The notes beneath the pieces are model-generated. The model searched no databases. It saw only the letters and a program-made list of their open reading frames with translations, and was not told the origin of the DNA. Below, in pieces: positions 37,261 through 51,881 of a stretch of DNA of 64,000 nt. The first letter of the stretch is position 1; the number at the start of each line of letters is the position of its first letter. Both the position numbers and the translations under genes were made by a program. The stretch lies in assembly GCF_002113885.1 (NCBI RefSeq), contig NW_018408629.1, positions 2,251,971-2,315,970 of the forward strand, read 5' to 3'. The stretch comes from Mizuhopecten yessoensis (taxonomy: Eukaryota).

Positions 37261-40200
37261 AATAAAGTGATTTCAGATACACACACGTAAACACATAAAC
37301 ATTGACACCTGTGTTAAAATCAGCTTGAAGTCATTATCACATCGTGTCTGGTAAAATCGCTAGTTTATTGAAACAACATTTTTACAGAACATCTGCAAGT
37401 CGATGCCGTTTTAAGAAAAACAAAAATGAATACCAACTTTTGTACTAAAAATCATTTACTACATTCTTGTACCTTTATACCTTTTGAGTTAATAGCTTTA
37501 ATATTTTAAGTTCAATTTTAGTGGAAACTGTTTAGATTCACATATACAGGTACATACATGGCAAAGGCTTCAAAAGGCATTGTTTTAACATGTTTAAAGG
37601 TAGAAAGGAGCACCACAGGCTTCTGTTGTTAAAAACCAAATGTTTACAAGCTAAACCGGTGAAGAGGGACGAGAACACCCCTTTACTTTTTATCCCTTTA
37701 TAAATCTGCCGACGGAAAATTAAAATGTGTCAAAACTATACATTTTTGTGAAGTTCAAAACGTGTAGATTGCATTCAATAAGAAAAAACCAGTCAACAAT
37801 TACACATTTATATTANGGGATTACAATCTTATGGACCACTTGCTGATTGGCTGATTTAGTTCTGTGAGTCTTAATAACCGATGTTTCTTTTTTTCATTGT
37901 GGCAATATAGACAGAGTTAACGACAAAACGAGTAGAGTAGCACGAGACAAACTCGAGCACGTGAGGCAAAAAGAATAATGATTTCCAAATATGAATAACT
38001 TTTGAAGAATGGACTAGGTTTCCATGGCTGCCATTGAAACCTTAACAGTTAGATTTTTGTTTGTTGGTTGATGGAATAACGCCATCATAATTAATAAATC
38101 TTATAATTTTGAAGATACAGAGGAACAACAGGGAAAGGATGGAAATAGGTAGAAGAAAGGAGAGCATAACATCCCACGGGTTGCAGTGGGAGTAGAGGCT
38201 TATATGTTGTCAGTAAATATCCCGCAACAGATCATACAGAAGGAAACGTTAACTTTTGTAGGGCTCAATTTTAGTGGCTTTTACAACGGGATATAGTTGC
38301 TCATTTCACCCCTGTTTTTGTTTAATCCCCTGCAGCACATGAACATTATTAACGCTATTACCATATGACCATTTCCAAATCCTAACTATAGAGGGATGGG
38401 GGAAAAAAATAACGGTTTCATAAATTCTTCAAACTTACCCGAACCAAAAATCTTAACGATTATAGAATGAATCTTTCGTCATAGTCGTTTCTTGACGCTC
38501 TCAAGCACACATTCTTATCTGAGAACTATTTTAATTTGATTATTAACACCTGAACGTTTTAATGTAAAACATGAAATACATGGTGCATTTGTGATGGCTA
38601 TAACTGCTGTGACTAACAAAATATACATATTAATTGGCAGGACCTGCGATCAATTTAAAAGGTGTGTGCGTTTCAAATGGAAAAAAACCCCGTGTAGTTT
38701 TAGAGAAAATGGGCATGCGGGGGTTGAGAGGACTGGGAATATTGTTCCCGAATCTTTAAACCCCCGCTGGATACATACGCAGTTCGTTGTGAAATACGCA
38801 AAAGGCTACCCCCACAATACAACAACATGGTAAAAAATGTTTTCATGAATACGCAAGCGACTATTGTTAACATAAGCATTTCTTTTCAAGATTAAAACAT
38901 TTAAATTCAATGCAAATATACCTATTTCATGAATATTGAATAAGACAATGTTTTCTGATACAATGTGCCGAAATTAAAGGAATTCATGTGCGATTTATTG
39001 CAATCGACGTTATATATGTATACATTGTCGAAATACTGTTAGCTTTCGTAATCAGACCATTTATTTGTAAATGGTAACAGAACTGATTGTAAGCATTGCT
39101 TTCTGACATCCCTGAATTACACGCTTCCGTCGCCAGACAAAGCGTGAAGTTGTTTATGTGATAAGTAGATGTGTAGAAATAGTGACACGTGCTAGTGATA
39201 TCCTTCTATCATTTCCCACTACTATGCAAACAATTTGTAGTCGTTAGAACAAAACGGCTGGCGACATTTCCCAATTTTCTGCTTGGTTTCAAAAACGCCA
39301 TTGCAGATGAGAGCTTTCCCTTCTTGTTCTACTGCTTAGAAAAATAGAATAGCATGGTTAGTTTTACAGCTATAGATGCAAGAAAAACACACAGAGAAAG
39401 GAAACTTGTTTAGTTTGCATCAGTTGAAACCAAGCCCTTTCGTATTACCTTGTATCAATGGCCCACTGGTTTGTAGTATGCATATTACCAAATATGGTTA
39501 ACTTCTTGACGTCAGCATTAAGAAAATATATATGACTTCATATCTTTGTGACGTTACATTGGTCGTAATAGCAACAGCGTCATATGACGACAGAGAAACC
39601 GTCATGGTAAGAAACATATTTGTTTATTTCCACGAATATTTGCATAATTTTAAAAAATGTCATTCAAAAAGAATTTAATTTCTTTCCATTTGGTGCAAAA
39701 TTTAGGAATTTTACGAACCGCGATCCGAGACTTTCCCTTCATTAAAACATAGCCTCGCTCGACTTAAATGGAAACTTTGAGACTCGTTTTGTAAATTTCA
39801 TATGGAATTGAAACTCATTTAAGATAAATTTGATGTTTTGGTGTATACGTGCCTAACGAAACAATTACTATTTTTGGATGTTAAGCCATTGCTTCCTACA
39901 TGACATTTGACAACTTTCATTATATAGGTTTGTATTGTTAAGCTGACACAACACATGACACCACACACAGAGTTCTGAGCTCATTCTCTTCTTCTTAGTG
40001 GCATTCGACGCGTTTGTAATCAAAATGCAAATATGGGAATACCGTCCTGTAGCTCAATATGTGTTTATGTTAAGAACGGGCTTTTCACCAACGTCACATC
40101 ACGTGACACTGTGCGTCTGAAGGTCAGAGCTCTGAACTGGTCGAGTGATAAAGAAATACACATTATTTGTTTGATACAAGTTGAAAGTAGGCATCTAACG

Positions 40201-41717
40201 CTATCGACTAACAACTGCAAAATAAATAGTTTCATATATTTCTTATTATTCAAATGATTTTATATCAAGACTCTATAGAAACTATCAGGCAACAAACTTT
40301 CATTATGAAAATTGTCTTGAAAATTATTTTATAGAGAGATTTTTTCTTGATACATAAATACTCCAAATTGAACAGTTTGGAGCGCGAATGCAAAAGCACT
40401 ATTCGCGAAAATTAAGGTTCATGTATGAACTCGATGATAGAATTGGATACCGTGGTTGTTTTATTGGAGTTTGGAAACTCATCAAAGACCATTTATAATT
40501 GAATTTGATTACAAGGGAATGTCATTAAATCAGCGACCTTTATTTCTAGATCATAAGAGCTGAATTTTCAATACTAGGATAATTGTACTTAAAAAAAGGG
40601 AACATGTCCACTTATACAGTAGCTTGATAATCAAAAATATTGGTTTCATGCTGGATGGATTTACGAGTTTCAACTACATAAATTTATAAAGTTGAGAATT
40701 TCTAATAGTCATTTATACCAAAAACCCGCTGCATCCGAGATATTCTCTTAAATGGAGCCCTTGAAAGTATTTTGAAATCATAACCACACCACTCTTTTCA
40801 CTAAGCAATACATGGACCTACATTTGTTCACAGCATTGAATACTAGTTGGCAGTTTTCAATTAGTATGGATTGCTGTTATCAGTAAATGGATACTCAATC
40901 CGGTTGGATAAGAACACGTTGCATTACCTTAGATATACAGTGCTAAAGTGATATTTGTCCGTTTTGCTTACTGTTTGTCACTTTGATTGAAGTGATATGT
41001 TTCGAGTTGTATGTCCAAACGGCAAACATGTTCTCCGTGTGAGACTTATCAAAAGACAAAAACTGTCACTTTCTTATTAACGAATCTAGGTATTGACGTA
41101 ATGGAAAGTTTACACAGTTTGGCCGTAATTCTTCTCACGTATGTATATATATAATGTGTGAAATGCAGGTTAAGTAAAGGGCATCGATAATCTTTGCAAA
41201 CCCGTGTCTGACCTCATTACTTAAGTACGACAATCAAACATGATAAAACTTACATAAAAAATACTACTTTAGCTATAGTTATATAAGCATCTTAAAAATA
41301 TACATTTTTTTCATTTGAATTAATATTTATCTTCATTGATACTACAAAAATATAAGGAACACGTGTTAGGCTTATATTAACTGTTTTTGGTAACCCGGGT
41401 AGAAGCGTGCAGGGCATCCTGATAGGAAAAGAAACTGCAAGGACCGCTTTCCTATTCACGTCTACTTAGGGAATCAAATACCAGCCATTTTGACGACAAG
41501 CGAATACGCTAACCAATGCGACATTCAACTATTCCACTTACGATAGTTCAAATAAATAACACATTGTAATAAGTCCTAATACATTTAATTTGAGTTTCAT
41601 TTTCACGAAATATTCTTCCTACCTACAAGCTGCAATTGCATCGGCGTGTAAATTAGATTTAGTTGAAGATTTTACGACATTCTTAATTAGATTTTTCTAA
41701 TTTAAATTCAAATATAT

Positions 41718-41954
41718 GGGTGGTCGGGTGGCGCAGTGGATAGCGCACTTGCCTTTCACCAAGGCGACCGGGGTTCGATATCCCGATCGGATGTGAAAAG
41801 GTTGGGGTCACCTTTCCGATCACGTGGGTTTTCTCCGGATACTCCGGTTTCCTCCCACACTAAGACCCCCCATGCGCGAACATCCGAGCCAACAAGAGTG
41901 AAAGAGTTGAAATAACTTGTTTCATAATTGTTGTTAAATAAATAAAGTTTATAT
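41718..41954 (+). mobile_element. tRNA-derived V-domain SINE, family B, full-length with TSD
   Basis: A box TGGCGCAGTGG, B box GGTTCGATATCC, V domain gtgggttttctccggatactccggtttcctcccaca; 16-bp TSD atttaaattcaaatat at 41700-41715 and 41955-41970. Confidence 0.92.
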
Positions 41955-42235
41955 ATTTAAATTCAAATATTTTAAAAAGTGTATGCATATCATTAACATT
42001 GATAGACAGAAAACGTAATTAATTCTAGTTCTCGACTATGTATACAGCCAGTCAGGATTTATTTTTGAGTTTGATAGGATGCTGACATGTTCTTAGTCAC
42101 TACAACACCACTGTGATGGTGGTGAACGGCTATTGTCATATACACAAACAGAGTAGTATCCGAGTGTCAAGGAGGTGTTGTACCACTGCGAACACTTCAT
42201 TGTTATATCAAACTAAAAACTCATTACGAACTAGG

Positions 42236-42425
42236 TATTCCGTCTTTGCGTATTGCAGAGTTATCTTCTATTGTGAGCAGGTATTGGTTGTTACGTCATT
42301 GGTTTGTGAGAGTAACGTCATCAATTTTTGAGAAAACAGCGTAGTTTTCTCACACAACCCAATGACGTAACAATCAATCCCTGCTCACAAGAGAAGATAC
42401 CTCTGCAATACGCAAAGACGGAATA
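42236..42425. mobile_element. 190-bp palindromic TA-flanked MITE (Tc1/mariner-type ends)
   Basis: Near-complete inverted symmetry tattccgtctttgcg...cgcaaagacggaata; same family as 33914 and 58927. Confidence 0.92.
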
Positions 42426-42601
42426 ATCATATAGGTATCTATAGATGACACAGTGCAAATACTATGCTTAAATAGTGTCTCCGCGGACCTTATTGCACTG
42501 TCTCAGAGTTCCTATTTCGTCTACGAGTATTTAAGTTAAATGTTTTATTTAACTTATCTGAGATCTTTCTGATTTTAATTGTTTCAGAGGAAGCTTTAAG
42601 G

Positions 42602-42653
42602 ATGCTGTGGCCACTATGCCTGTTTCTGTCGGTCACATTTGCTACATCAAACG
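42602..42653 (+). CDS. Signal-peptide exon of the neuropeptide precursor (exon 42588-42653)
   Basis: ttgtttcag| acceptor at 42587; aggATG at 42602 gives MLWPLCLFLSVTFATSN+G; the phase-1 donor G|gttggt joins the phase-1 acceptor at 59595 to give ...ATSNA/SIYY. Confidence 0.75.
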
Positions 42654-45600
42654 GTTGGTATATTTCTTATCGAAAAATAATCTACTTATCTTGACATTTT
42701 AGAGCATTTTGATCCACTGCCATATTTGTGGGTGCCCACTGATATCTTTAGTTTCCCCTTCTTACTTTGGCGCTATGTTATATGCGTCATATCTGATTTG
42801 CTAAATGGAGGTTATTGTTTTGTAAAACATGCCACACTTGTGTTGTGTTTTCTGTCGCAATCAATTTACAATATCGTATTATGCCGCAAAAGCAAAATTT
42901 ATTTCCAAACCACCAACGTTTAGCATTTTGATACATCGCAAAACACTCTATCAATAGATTTGTTGAAATATTAAACTGCAAACGAAATTATCTGCGACAA
43001 AATATTCAACATCAAAAGTTTCTGTCAGTAGAAGCTCCCCTGATCTCCAACCATCCAGCTAAACAGGCTTTTTATGTTTAACTCTATTTTAAGATTTCAT
43101 TCATTGAATGTCCATGGTGATTGTTAAATAATTTTGTAATACATTTTAAGCCATGTTGTTAAGCTTATTTCTGAAAGATCTTACATATTAACATCAGAAA
43201 ATCAATAATGTACTTGCATGTTTTTAAATCATAATCCATAAATAGTGTATTTTATGGTCCCGCTATCATTTGCAGTAACGTAATAGTAAAACCTATGACA
43301 TGTATACATATAGAAAGAATTAATTATGTCATGATATAATCTGATATTACTACAGTATAGAGTTTGTTAAACTCATTTATAGAATCACAAGTTCACTAAT
43401 TCAAATCAAAATTGAGCGTACGCCAGACTAATATGTTATAGCTTATAAAAATAATTTTTAAAAGAATGGTCTATTTCTTATACAGCATTCTATGGCTGTT
43501 TCATTAACAAACTTAGTCGATGTCCAGATTTGTTTAGCATGACAGTTAAAAATGTGGGACAGATACGAGTGTGCGTGATATGCGCGATAAACAAAGTGTT
43601 ATCTTTGACGACAGATAAATAAATCAGTTGCATTGCTTTAATTACATACATCTAAACCTCTACATATGACTACGCCACATGGTATTACCGAGTTACTAGG
43701 AATTTGCTTCGAGCACATAATTTTGTGGTATACATGCGAATAGGGTCCCACGTGTTTTAGACAGGTTGCGTGTTTTTTAATCATGAACTGTTATATAAAT
43801 ATTTACCGCTTACTTACATATACCATTCATTAGTGATAACATGCTATTAAGAGCGTAGATATACTCGATGACTTTATTCTAAAGTAGGAAAATGCCTTGT
43901 TGCATGAACATGTGATGTTGCACAGAAATATATATACAGAGATTAGCCATATATCGGCGTACGATTAAATACACACGACGCATACCAATTATCACAAGGA
44001 ATGCCAACTAATAGTTGTTTCCATGATTTGTAAAGGAAAACTGATTTCTTTCCTAATCTCAAAGTAAGATGGGCCCGCTGTGGGATAGTCCCGATAGAAC
44101 GGAGGTCTGCCCCATACTGCTTCACTTGGAATTGCATGTCGGATACAGCTCCGATCGAATGAGCTCTATAGGATTAGGACATGGGGAGCAAGTTGGTTTG
44201 CTTAAAATACTCTTCTTATCAGACAACCAAGATCTCATATCGCTAAAATAAACGTCAAGGCGGGATTGTTGGAAGCACAGTAAGCTTTAAGTTTTGTTAA
44301 CGAAGGTTTTCAAATACGTGTAATATTTTCATTATTGTTAAAATCGAGTATGAAAACTGTATGCGTCATGAATTTGGATGCTCTTTTTAAGACATAAGCC
44401 CTGAAAACACTTCTGAAAATATCAGAAAATATTTTCTCCTTTATTTTCGGTAAGTTGACGATGCTTCTAATAATAAGACGTAGGGAGTATTTTTGTGAAG
44501 ATTGGTTGAATTAAGTCATATTTGTGTACTTTATCAAATGAGAATTTTCCGAATAAGCTCATTGAGAACAAAATCCCTTGAAATTTCCTCGGATTTTGGT
44601 CTTAAAAAAGATCTTTCGTTTTATACCCATACATTACAGTACAGTGCACACGTTGTCTAAACATGTAGTACACAAGTCTCACTTGGATTTAATCATTTGT
44701 TTCGATGCTTGCCTTACAGATCTTCACCTCTTTTAAACAACATGCTTCAAGTCATAGATATTACGCGGGATATTCGCTACAGCGTTATTTTGCCAAAAGC
44801 ATATTATCGACATATTTCTGCGAGGTTTTTGTAATCACGTTTTCTTGCGAGATAATCTTCGCGCATATTGCAAGATATTTGTTTTGCATTTTTCTGTGAG
44901 TTATTTGTCATTGCGTTATTTACTATCATGCTATTTTGCAAGATATTTATTTCGTGTTATTTTGCAAGATATTTATAATTATTGCATTATTATGCTACCT
45001 ATTTACCATCGCTTTATTTCGCGAGAGGAAACGATCGCCAATTCAGATACGTAACAAATATAACTATATAACATATAAAAAAGCATATAAATAAATAATT
45101 ATTTTATTGGTACACACACAATACATACATACAATCCATAGACACGAAATGAGTAACTATAATAAAACTTAGGTTATAAATATATGATTATTTTAGTGTT
45201 ACACATACAATACATAGAAAGCTTCCTCTAATAACACGGTAAAGTTAATATAAATCTTCGATATTCCTATTCCTATCTTTAAAAGAGAAACTCGCCGAGA
45301 TATCTGGACAAGACTGATCACCACCCAACGAAGAAACCTTTGGTTTTGCTGACTTTGAAACGGAAAATGTCATTGCATTAATTTTAAAGATGATACATCT
45401 TGATACAACTGATATCCGGTGCATTTACAACTTTATCATAGTGCGCCATTTCGCCAATAGTATTACGACTGCCTAAGTAATTGAGACCGTATCATTTTAT
45501 TTTAAGACAATTCCTACGGATTGATTCATGTACGAGCATCTTGTGGTATGTTCTAATGTTAAAACTACATTACATTACTATTCGGGTATTTGCGATTTGC

Positions 45601-48600
45601 GTGACACAGGGTAATTATTAATTTATTACACATTTAGTAGGACAGCTATTGATCTTAACTCATAGTAAATAGTCATCGCCTTGTTTGACCGACCAGTAAA
45701 GGTGTAAATTGTTCCAAGGATTCCGATAAACAAACGTATCGCTTGCAACACGTCATGTAAGTGCTACATTAAATATGTCACATGAATCATAATTATACGC
45801 AATGGAAAGTTAATGGAATCTGTTTCTACTTAATGCAGTTTAACAGGTCGATTCATCGGTACGGTTTGAAATCTGATATGATGATAATGATTTCATTACA
45901 AACTAAAAGCTATAGAAAGTAAAACCGACTGGCTCATTGAGAGTTGTAGTTTTGTTTCTCTCTCGATGTATTTGATATAGAGATGAACTGATACACAAGG
46001 TTGTCCCTATGGACAGATATCTGTTGTGAAATATCGTGTACTGTTATAAAAAAAATGGAAATCTATGCCAAACAAGACAGCCGTCCCTGAATTAGAACAT
46101 CATATCATGTACCATAAAATAAATTTCTACATTCTACCAATTGATATTCTCCAGGGAGGACTGGTTCGTATCAGCTTTGTTTTTCAAATTATGGTAAAAA
46201 CCATTTGAACGAAGTAACAAAAAATAAAATATCCATCACATAAAAATGTTTCCAAGATAAAAATAGTTTTGTTTGTCATCAAAAAATGATCGCATATCTC
46301 CCAATATTTGTTTTCACTACAAAAGTAATATTAACTTTTAATCAGTTCATGCTAACGTTTACTTAAAAACATGCATCCTTAGATACGTACTTTTATATAC
46401 TGTGTATCAAATATTCGTGAGTACTTTATTTCGCGGATTTACGTTTATAACTATTTCGCTGATACAAATTCTCATTGTCTGGCGGAAGTTTGAGCCAATT
46501 TTTTTTTTAATCTTTTCTACCCCTTTGGAAATATGCCATGACAAATTTGAAGGCTCTATACACAGGTACACTTCTGGATTCCTGTCTTTGACTAAAGTTG
46601 TTGGAAGGGTGCAGCAAGACTCTGTGTAAAGTCCTGTATACAAAACTCCTCTGTAATTGTCAAAATAGAATAGTCTAACAATTTGTCATATGTTAGTACC
46701 TGAATTCGATAGACAAGTTCCACAATTATTAAAGTTTCTGACCGCTGCATCGTTTCGAACCACTATTATCTTTCAAACTATTTATACATTCTTTGTTGTA
46801 ATGACTGTTCACGTGAAAGCCAAGATTAAGCGGACAGAGCTTAGCTTTATTTTTAGACTTGTCATATACAACACATAGAAACAATGTGACACTGGTTAGC
46901 TTACATTCCTTCTGAATAGATTTTTCAGCGGTTTATAACGCAATGAAATTGATTCAAAATATCATACTCTTTCTTTTTATATATATAGTTTTTAATGAAT
47001 TACATCAAGAAAGGCCTGTCCATTATATTGAAGAATACAAATCAATCAGGGACACCCATCTTAGAATAACAAAGTATACTATGGAATGTCCTTTGTACAG
47101 TCGCATTAGCAGCTGATGTTGAATAGAAAGTGAAACAGTAGGATTACTGGCACTTAAAAGAGAAATATTCCCTAAAACACATGGTAGATAATAGAAAAAC
47201 TGGCTAAAAGGTGGCTGTATTAAAGCAGATCGGTTGCAACTATGATATTTTAACGGACACAGACAGTGTTGAAACATGACCGTTGCCAATTTTCTTTTGT
47301 CGGTGTTTCTTCCCGAGTTGATGTAGTGTGTGGTGCAACAAAAATGTCATTATTTGTGTAGCTGTTAAAATCATTGTTATCATACAGGACGTCAATTTTC
47401 TCTAAAGCATCTACTTTTCGTGAGTAAATATTATTTATAGTAAAGTTATTAATTTCGCGAAATAATCAATTATTGATTAAATGTAGTTCTATAATAATAT
47501 ATACCTCACTAGATATGATTCAGAATGGGTGTGTATTAAGACGATAAAAAATGTGCGTTCATTTTGGGACATTTTTTAAATTTCATATGGCGAATTGTCA
47601 AACTAACAGAGCTTTGAACAATAGGGACTTTCCGTCTTGTTGAAGGGACATGTACCGCTAACATCGAAAATCTATTCGTAACCCCTCGGGACTCTAATGA
47701 CCCCGCATTGTGTGTAGATCCTTCAGATTCTGCTATACTTAATACATGGTTTACAAAACGCTATTTGTATTCAATGAATATATTGAACGCTTCAAGATAG
47801 CTCCATGCTGATATACAATCATATCATCAATAGCGGATATACATATTGTCATGACAACATCTGAGGTCCGAAAACAGTCAGGATTTATTTGGTGTTTGTT
47901 ATGTTTTGGGAATAAAAATATAATAGAAGCTTTAATTTTAACCAGGCTGTACACGTGTAATAACCGTATCTTAGACGAGGAAGTGTTCTTTGCAAAGTAT
48001 TAAAACTTGCATGATTCGTGTTGAAATATAGTGACATTGGAGGTTAGAAATATTTATCTTATATATATATTAACAAAAACGTAGTTATATGATTATGATG
48101 AAATAAAATGCACTCGTGGCTTCAGGGATGATCATTACATGATGTGCTTCATGTTATTCAAGACTAACCACATAACATGCAGAATTCACAGAGAATACAA
48201 CGCACTAAATAACAATGTCCCAGGGCATTATCCTCAAACTGAGATGAGATAAATGTGTCCGGTCTTTTTCTGTCAATTCCGGTCGTCTAGTCCCAACATC
48301 CGGTAAGCAGGACATAAGAGGTTGAAACAAACATTGATGAATTTAGATGTGGTAATAGTGTGAGCGTATGGTAGAGTTAACCAATACAGACTTGTTTACG
48401 AGGATCGCTGGGCCCTAGCCTAAAGTGCTTCCGTAGATCTAGACAAAATCAGCCCTTCTTTTCAAGTTGATGTCGGCACTATTACAAACAGGAATATCCA
48501 CACAAGCATAAAAATGTACGTAAAGGTTATCATGGAAGGTANTGATATACATAGTTCAAAGTACAATAAGGCGGTGGATCAATGACAGCCGCAAAAGGTT

Positions 48601-50265
48601 GCGCAAACTTGGGGTATATCGCTTCTTTCTCCATCTTTTAATTTTTGCTTCATTTCTTCCCCCCCCCCCCCATTTTTTCAAAACGAAAATTAAAATTCTT
48701 GCTACTTTAAACACTGACCTTACGTTACGTTCAGGTCTTTAATTCCATGTCTGTACTTACGGTGCTTGTCAGTAAAGGGGATACCGCTTTTACCCCTCCC
48801 CATCCCATGTTTTTAAAAAGTTCGTTAACTAAGATGAAACAATCATATCTCTCTCTCTAACAACCGTATAGTTTGATGATACAGAACCCAACAGAAGAAT
48901 ATAGGGAAGCCAGTAGTGTTAATCGACTGCCAGAAGGGATGATAAAGTATAATAATGGTTTGGATAAGGAATAATTCCTAACATACAGAAGCCACCTTAG
49001 TCACATCTAAGTGGGACGCAACGGTTTACTCGTGTGGAGGAGTGGGCGGACAGGTGTTCGATTCCAAATACCTAGAAATATACATCAAAATAAGTTTCAT
49101 GTTCAAAAGTACCCCTTCCGTTCTTATTGGTTATTTGAATGACGAACCGGGAGTAATGAAACCGTGTTCTGTTTATGTCTGCAAAACTTATTTAATAATA
49201 TACAGTTAATGAATAGCTAGTTCTTTCATATTAATCAATAGCTCCATAATTTGAAATTAAAAGCATTAATATTCTTTTACATGTCATAAAACGGTATTTA
49301 GCATACGACTACGTAATTTCTTTTGATGCGTAAATGATATCGACCCATGATTGCCTTTGATTTATAATTATTTTGGTTAAGGAAAAGTGTGTAAACTTTA
49401 CGGGTAGGGCCGATCTGTTTACAATGTTATAGATTTTTCTTCAATTAACATTCGTATTTCCGGTTCCGCCTCGAGTACTGTCTGTGTTTTGATACACCCA
49501 CATTATACCCAGTATACTGTATTTGAGGTTTTAAATACTTTTTCGATTGCCGAAGGGTAACACTTCAACTGCCCGTATTTACCCTGATTTAAATATCCCA
49601 TTAACGACGAGACATGGTTAATCAATACAATCATCAAGAGCTTCCACGAGACGAACATTATATATCGATGTGCCCTGACAGTGTGTAAATTTTTCCGCGT
49701 GTCCTAACACCATAGACCATACCCCCGCCTACCAACGCACAAGTTGAGACAATCTTGAAAAAATATTAATTATTTGAAATCATAAAAAGGATGGTCAAGT
49801 TTCCTTATAGATCCTCCTGCTTCCACTTATCTTTCTCATTTCTTCACTGTTTCTCTACAAATTTATTGATTAGACTGGTTAGACGATTGCTTGATTGTAA
49901 ATATATACTACCTTGTTACATGAACAAATTAAATAGTTTGGCACAACTGGCGGCCAATCCCTTTGTAAATATGAATGCAATCAAATTTGTTTAAATTAAA
50001 AACCACACAAGTTATAGCTGTTATATACAGAGAGGTCACTATACACTTTTAAAATTTTGTAATAGACACACAGTATACCAAAATCAATTACAATGCATCA
50101 TACAGCTGTTTCGTCCATCTAGGACTCCTCGTTTTCTTGGAACCCTTTAACTTATAAATGACACAACTCAAAGGAGACAAATGTGGCCATCCAGGCTACA
50201 TCAAACCTTGTGGACTAAAAATGAGAAAAGTCTATCACCTTGTAGATTGTGAGATGAACGTAACA

Positions 50266-51881
50266 CACAAACACAGGTGATACAAACACAGGTGATACAA
50301 ACACAGGTAGTACAAACACAGGTGATACAAACACAGGTAATACAAACAGGTGATACAAACACAGGTAATACAAACACAGGTAATACAAACAGATGTACAA
50401 ACACAGGCAATACAAACACAGGTGATACAAACACAGGTAATACATACACAGGTAATACATACACAGGTGATACAAACACATGTGATACAAACACAGGTAA
50501 TACAAACAGGTGATACAAACACAGGTAATACAAACAGGTGATACAAACACAGGTAATACAAACACAGGTGATACAAACACAGGTAATACATACACAGGTG
50601 CTACAAACACAGGTGATACAAACACATGTGATACAAACACAGGTAATACAAACACATGTGATACAAACACAGGTAATATAAACAGGTGATACAAACACAG
50701 GTAATACAAACACAGGTGATACAAACACAGGTGATACAAACACAGGTAATCCAAACACAGGTAATACAAACAGGCAATACAAACAGGTGATACGAACAGG
50801 GGATACAAACACAGGAAATACAAACACAGGAAATACAAACACAGGGGATACAAACACACGTAATACAAACAGGTAATACAAACAGGTGGTACAAACAGGT
50901 GATACAAACAGGTGATACGAACACAGGTAATACAAACACAAGTGATACGAACACAGGTAATACAAACACGAGTGATACAAACACAGGTAATACAAACATG
51001 CGATACGAACACAGGTAATACAAACACAAGTGATACAAACACAGGTGATACAAACACATGTGATACCAACACAGGTAATACAAACACAGGAAATACAAAC
51101 ACAGGAAATACAAACACAGGAAATACAAACACAGGGGATACAAACACACGTAATACAAACAGGTAATACAAACAGTTGATACAAACACAGGTAATACATA
51201 CACAGGTAATACAAACACAGGGGATACAAACACACGTAATACAAACAGGTAATACAAACAGGTGATACTAACACAGGTAATACAAACACAGGAAATACAA
51301 ACATGTGATACAAACACAAGTAATACAAACAGGTAATACAAACACAGGTGATCCAAACACATGTGATACAAACACAGGTAATAAAAACACAGGTGATACA
51401 AACACATGTGATACCAACACAGGTAATACAAACACAAGTTATACAAACACAGGTAATACAAAAAGGTGATACAAACACAGGTAATCCAAACACAGGTAAT
51501 ACAAACATGCGATACGAACACAGGTAATACAAACACAGGGAATACAAACAGGAGATACAAACAGGTGATACAAACAGGAGATACAAACAGGTGATACAAA
51601 CAGGTGATACAAACACAGGTAATACAAACACAAGTGATACAAACACAGGTAATACAAACACATGTGATACAAACACAGGTAATACAAACAGGTGATACAA
51701 ACACAGGTAATACAAACAGGTGATACAAACACAGGTGATACAAACACAAGTAGTACAAACACATGTGATACAAACACAGGTAATACAAACAGGTGATACA
51801 AACAGGTGATACAAACACAGGTAATACAAACAGGTGATACAAACACAGGTAATACAAACAGGTGATACAAACACAGGTGAT
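50266..51881. repeat. 13/15-bp minisatellite, ~110 copies (intronic)
   Basis: Units acacaggt(g/a)atacaa and acaggtgatacaa; source of the CITCV/VFVLP ORFs. Confidence 0.97.

Noticed and set aside
39532-39612. Possible exon MTSYLCDVTLVVIATASYDDRETVM|gtaaga
   Set aside because: The phase-0 donor is incompatible with the 59595 acceptor and the hydrophobic core is weak; it cannot be excluded as a UTR exon.
41718-41795. tRNA genes at SINE heads (also 19310-19394, 27550, 30959, 33050) and in the TRIM LTRs
   Set aside because: A/B boxes run into SINE bodies and tails with TSDs or into LTR structure; no complete cloverleaf.
45090-45480. Possible - strand LINE 3' end
   Set aside because: Too degraded to assign motifs confidently by eye.
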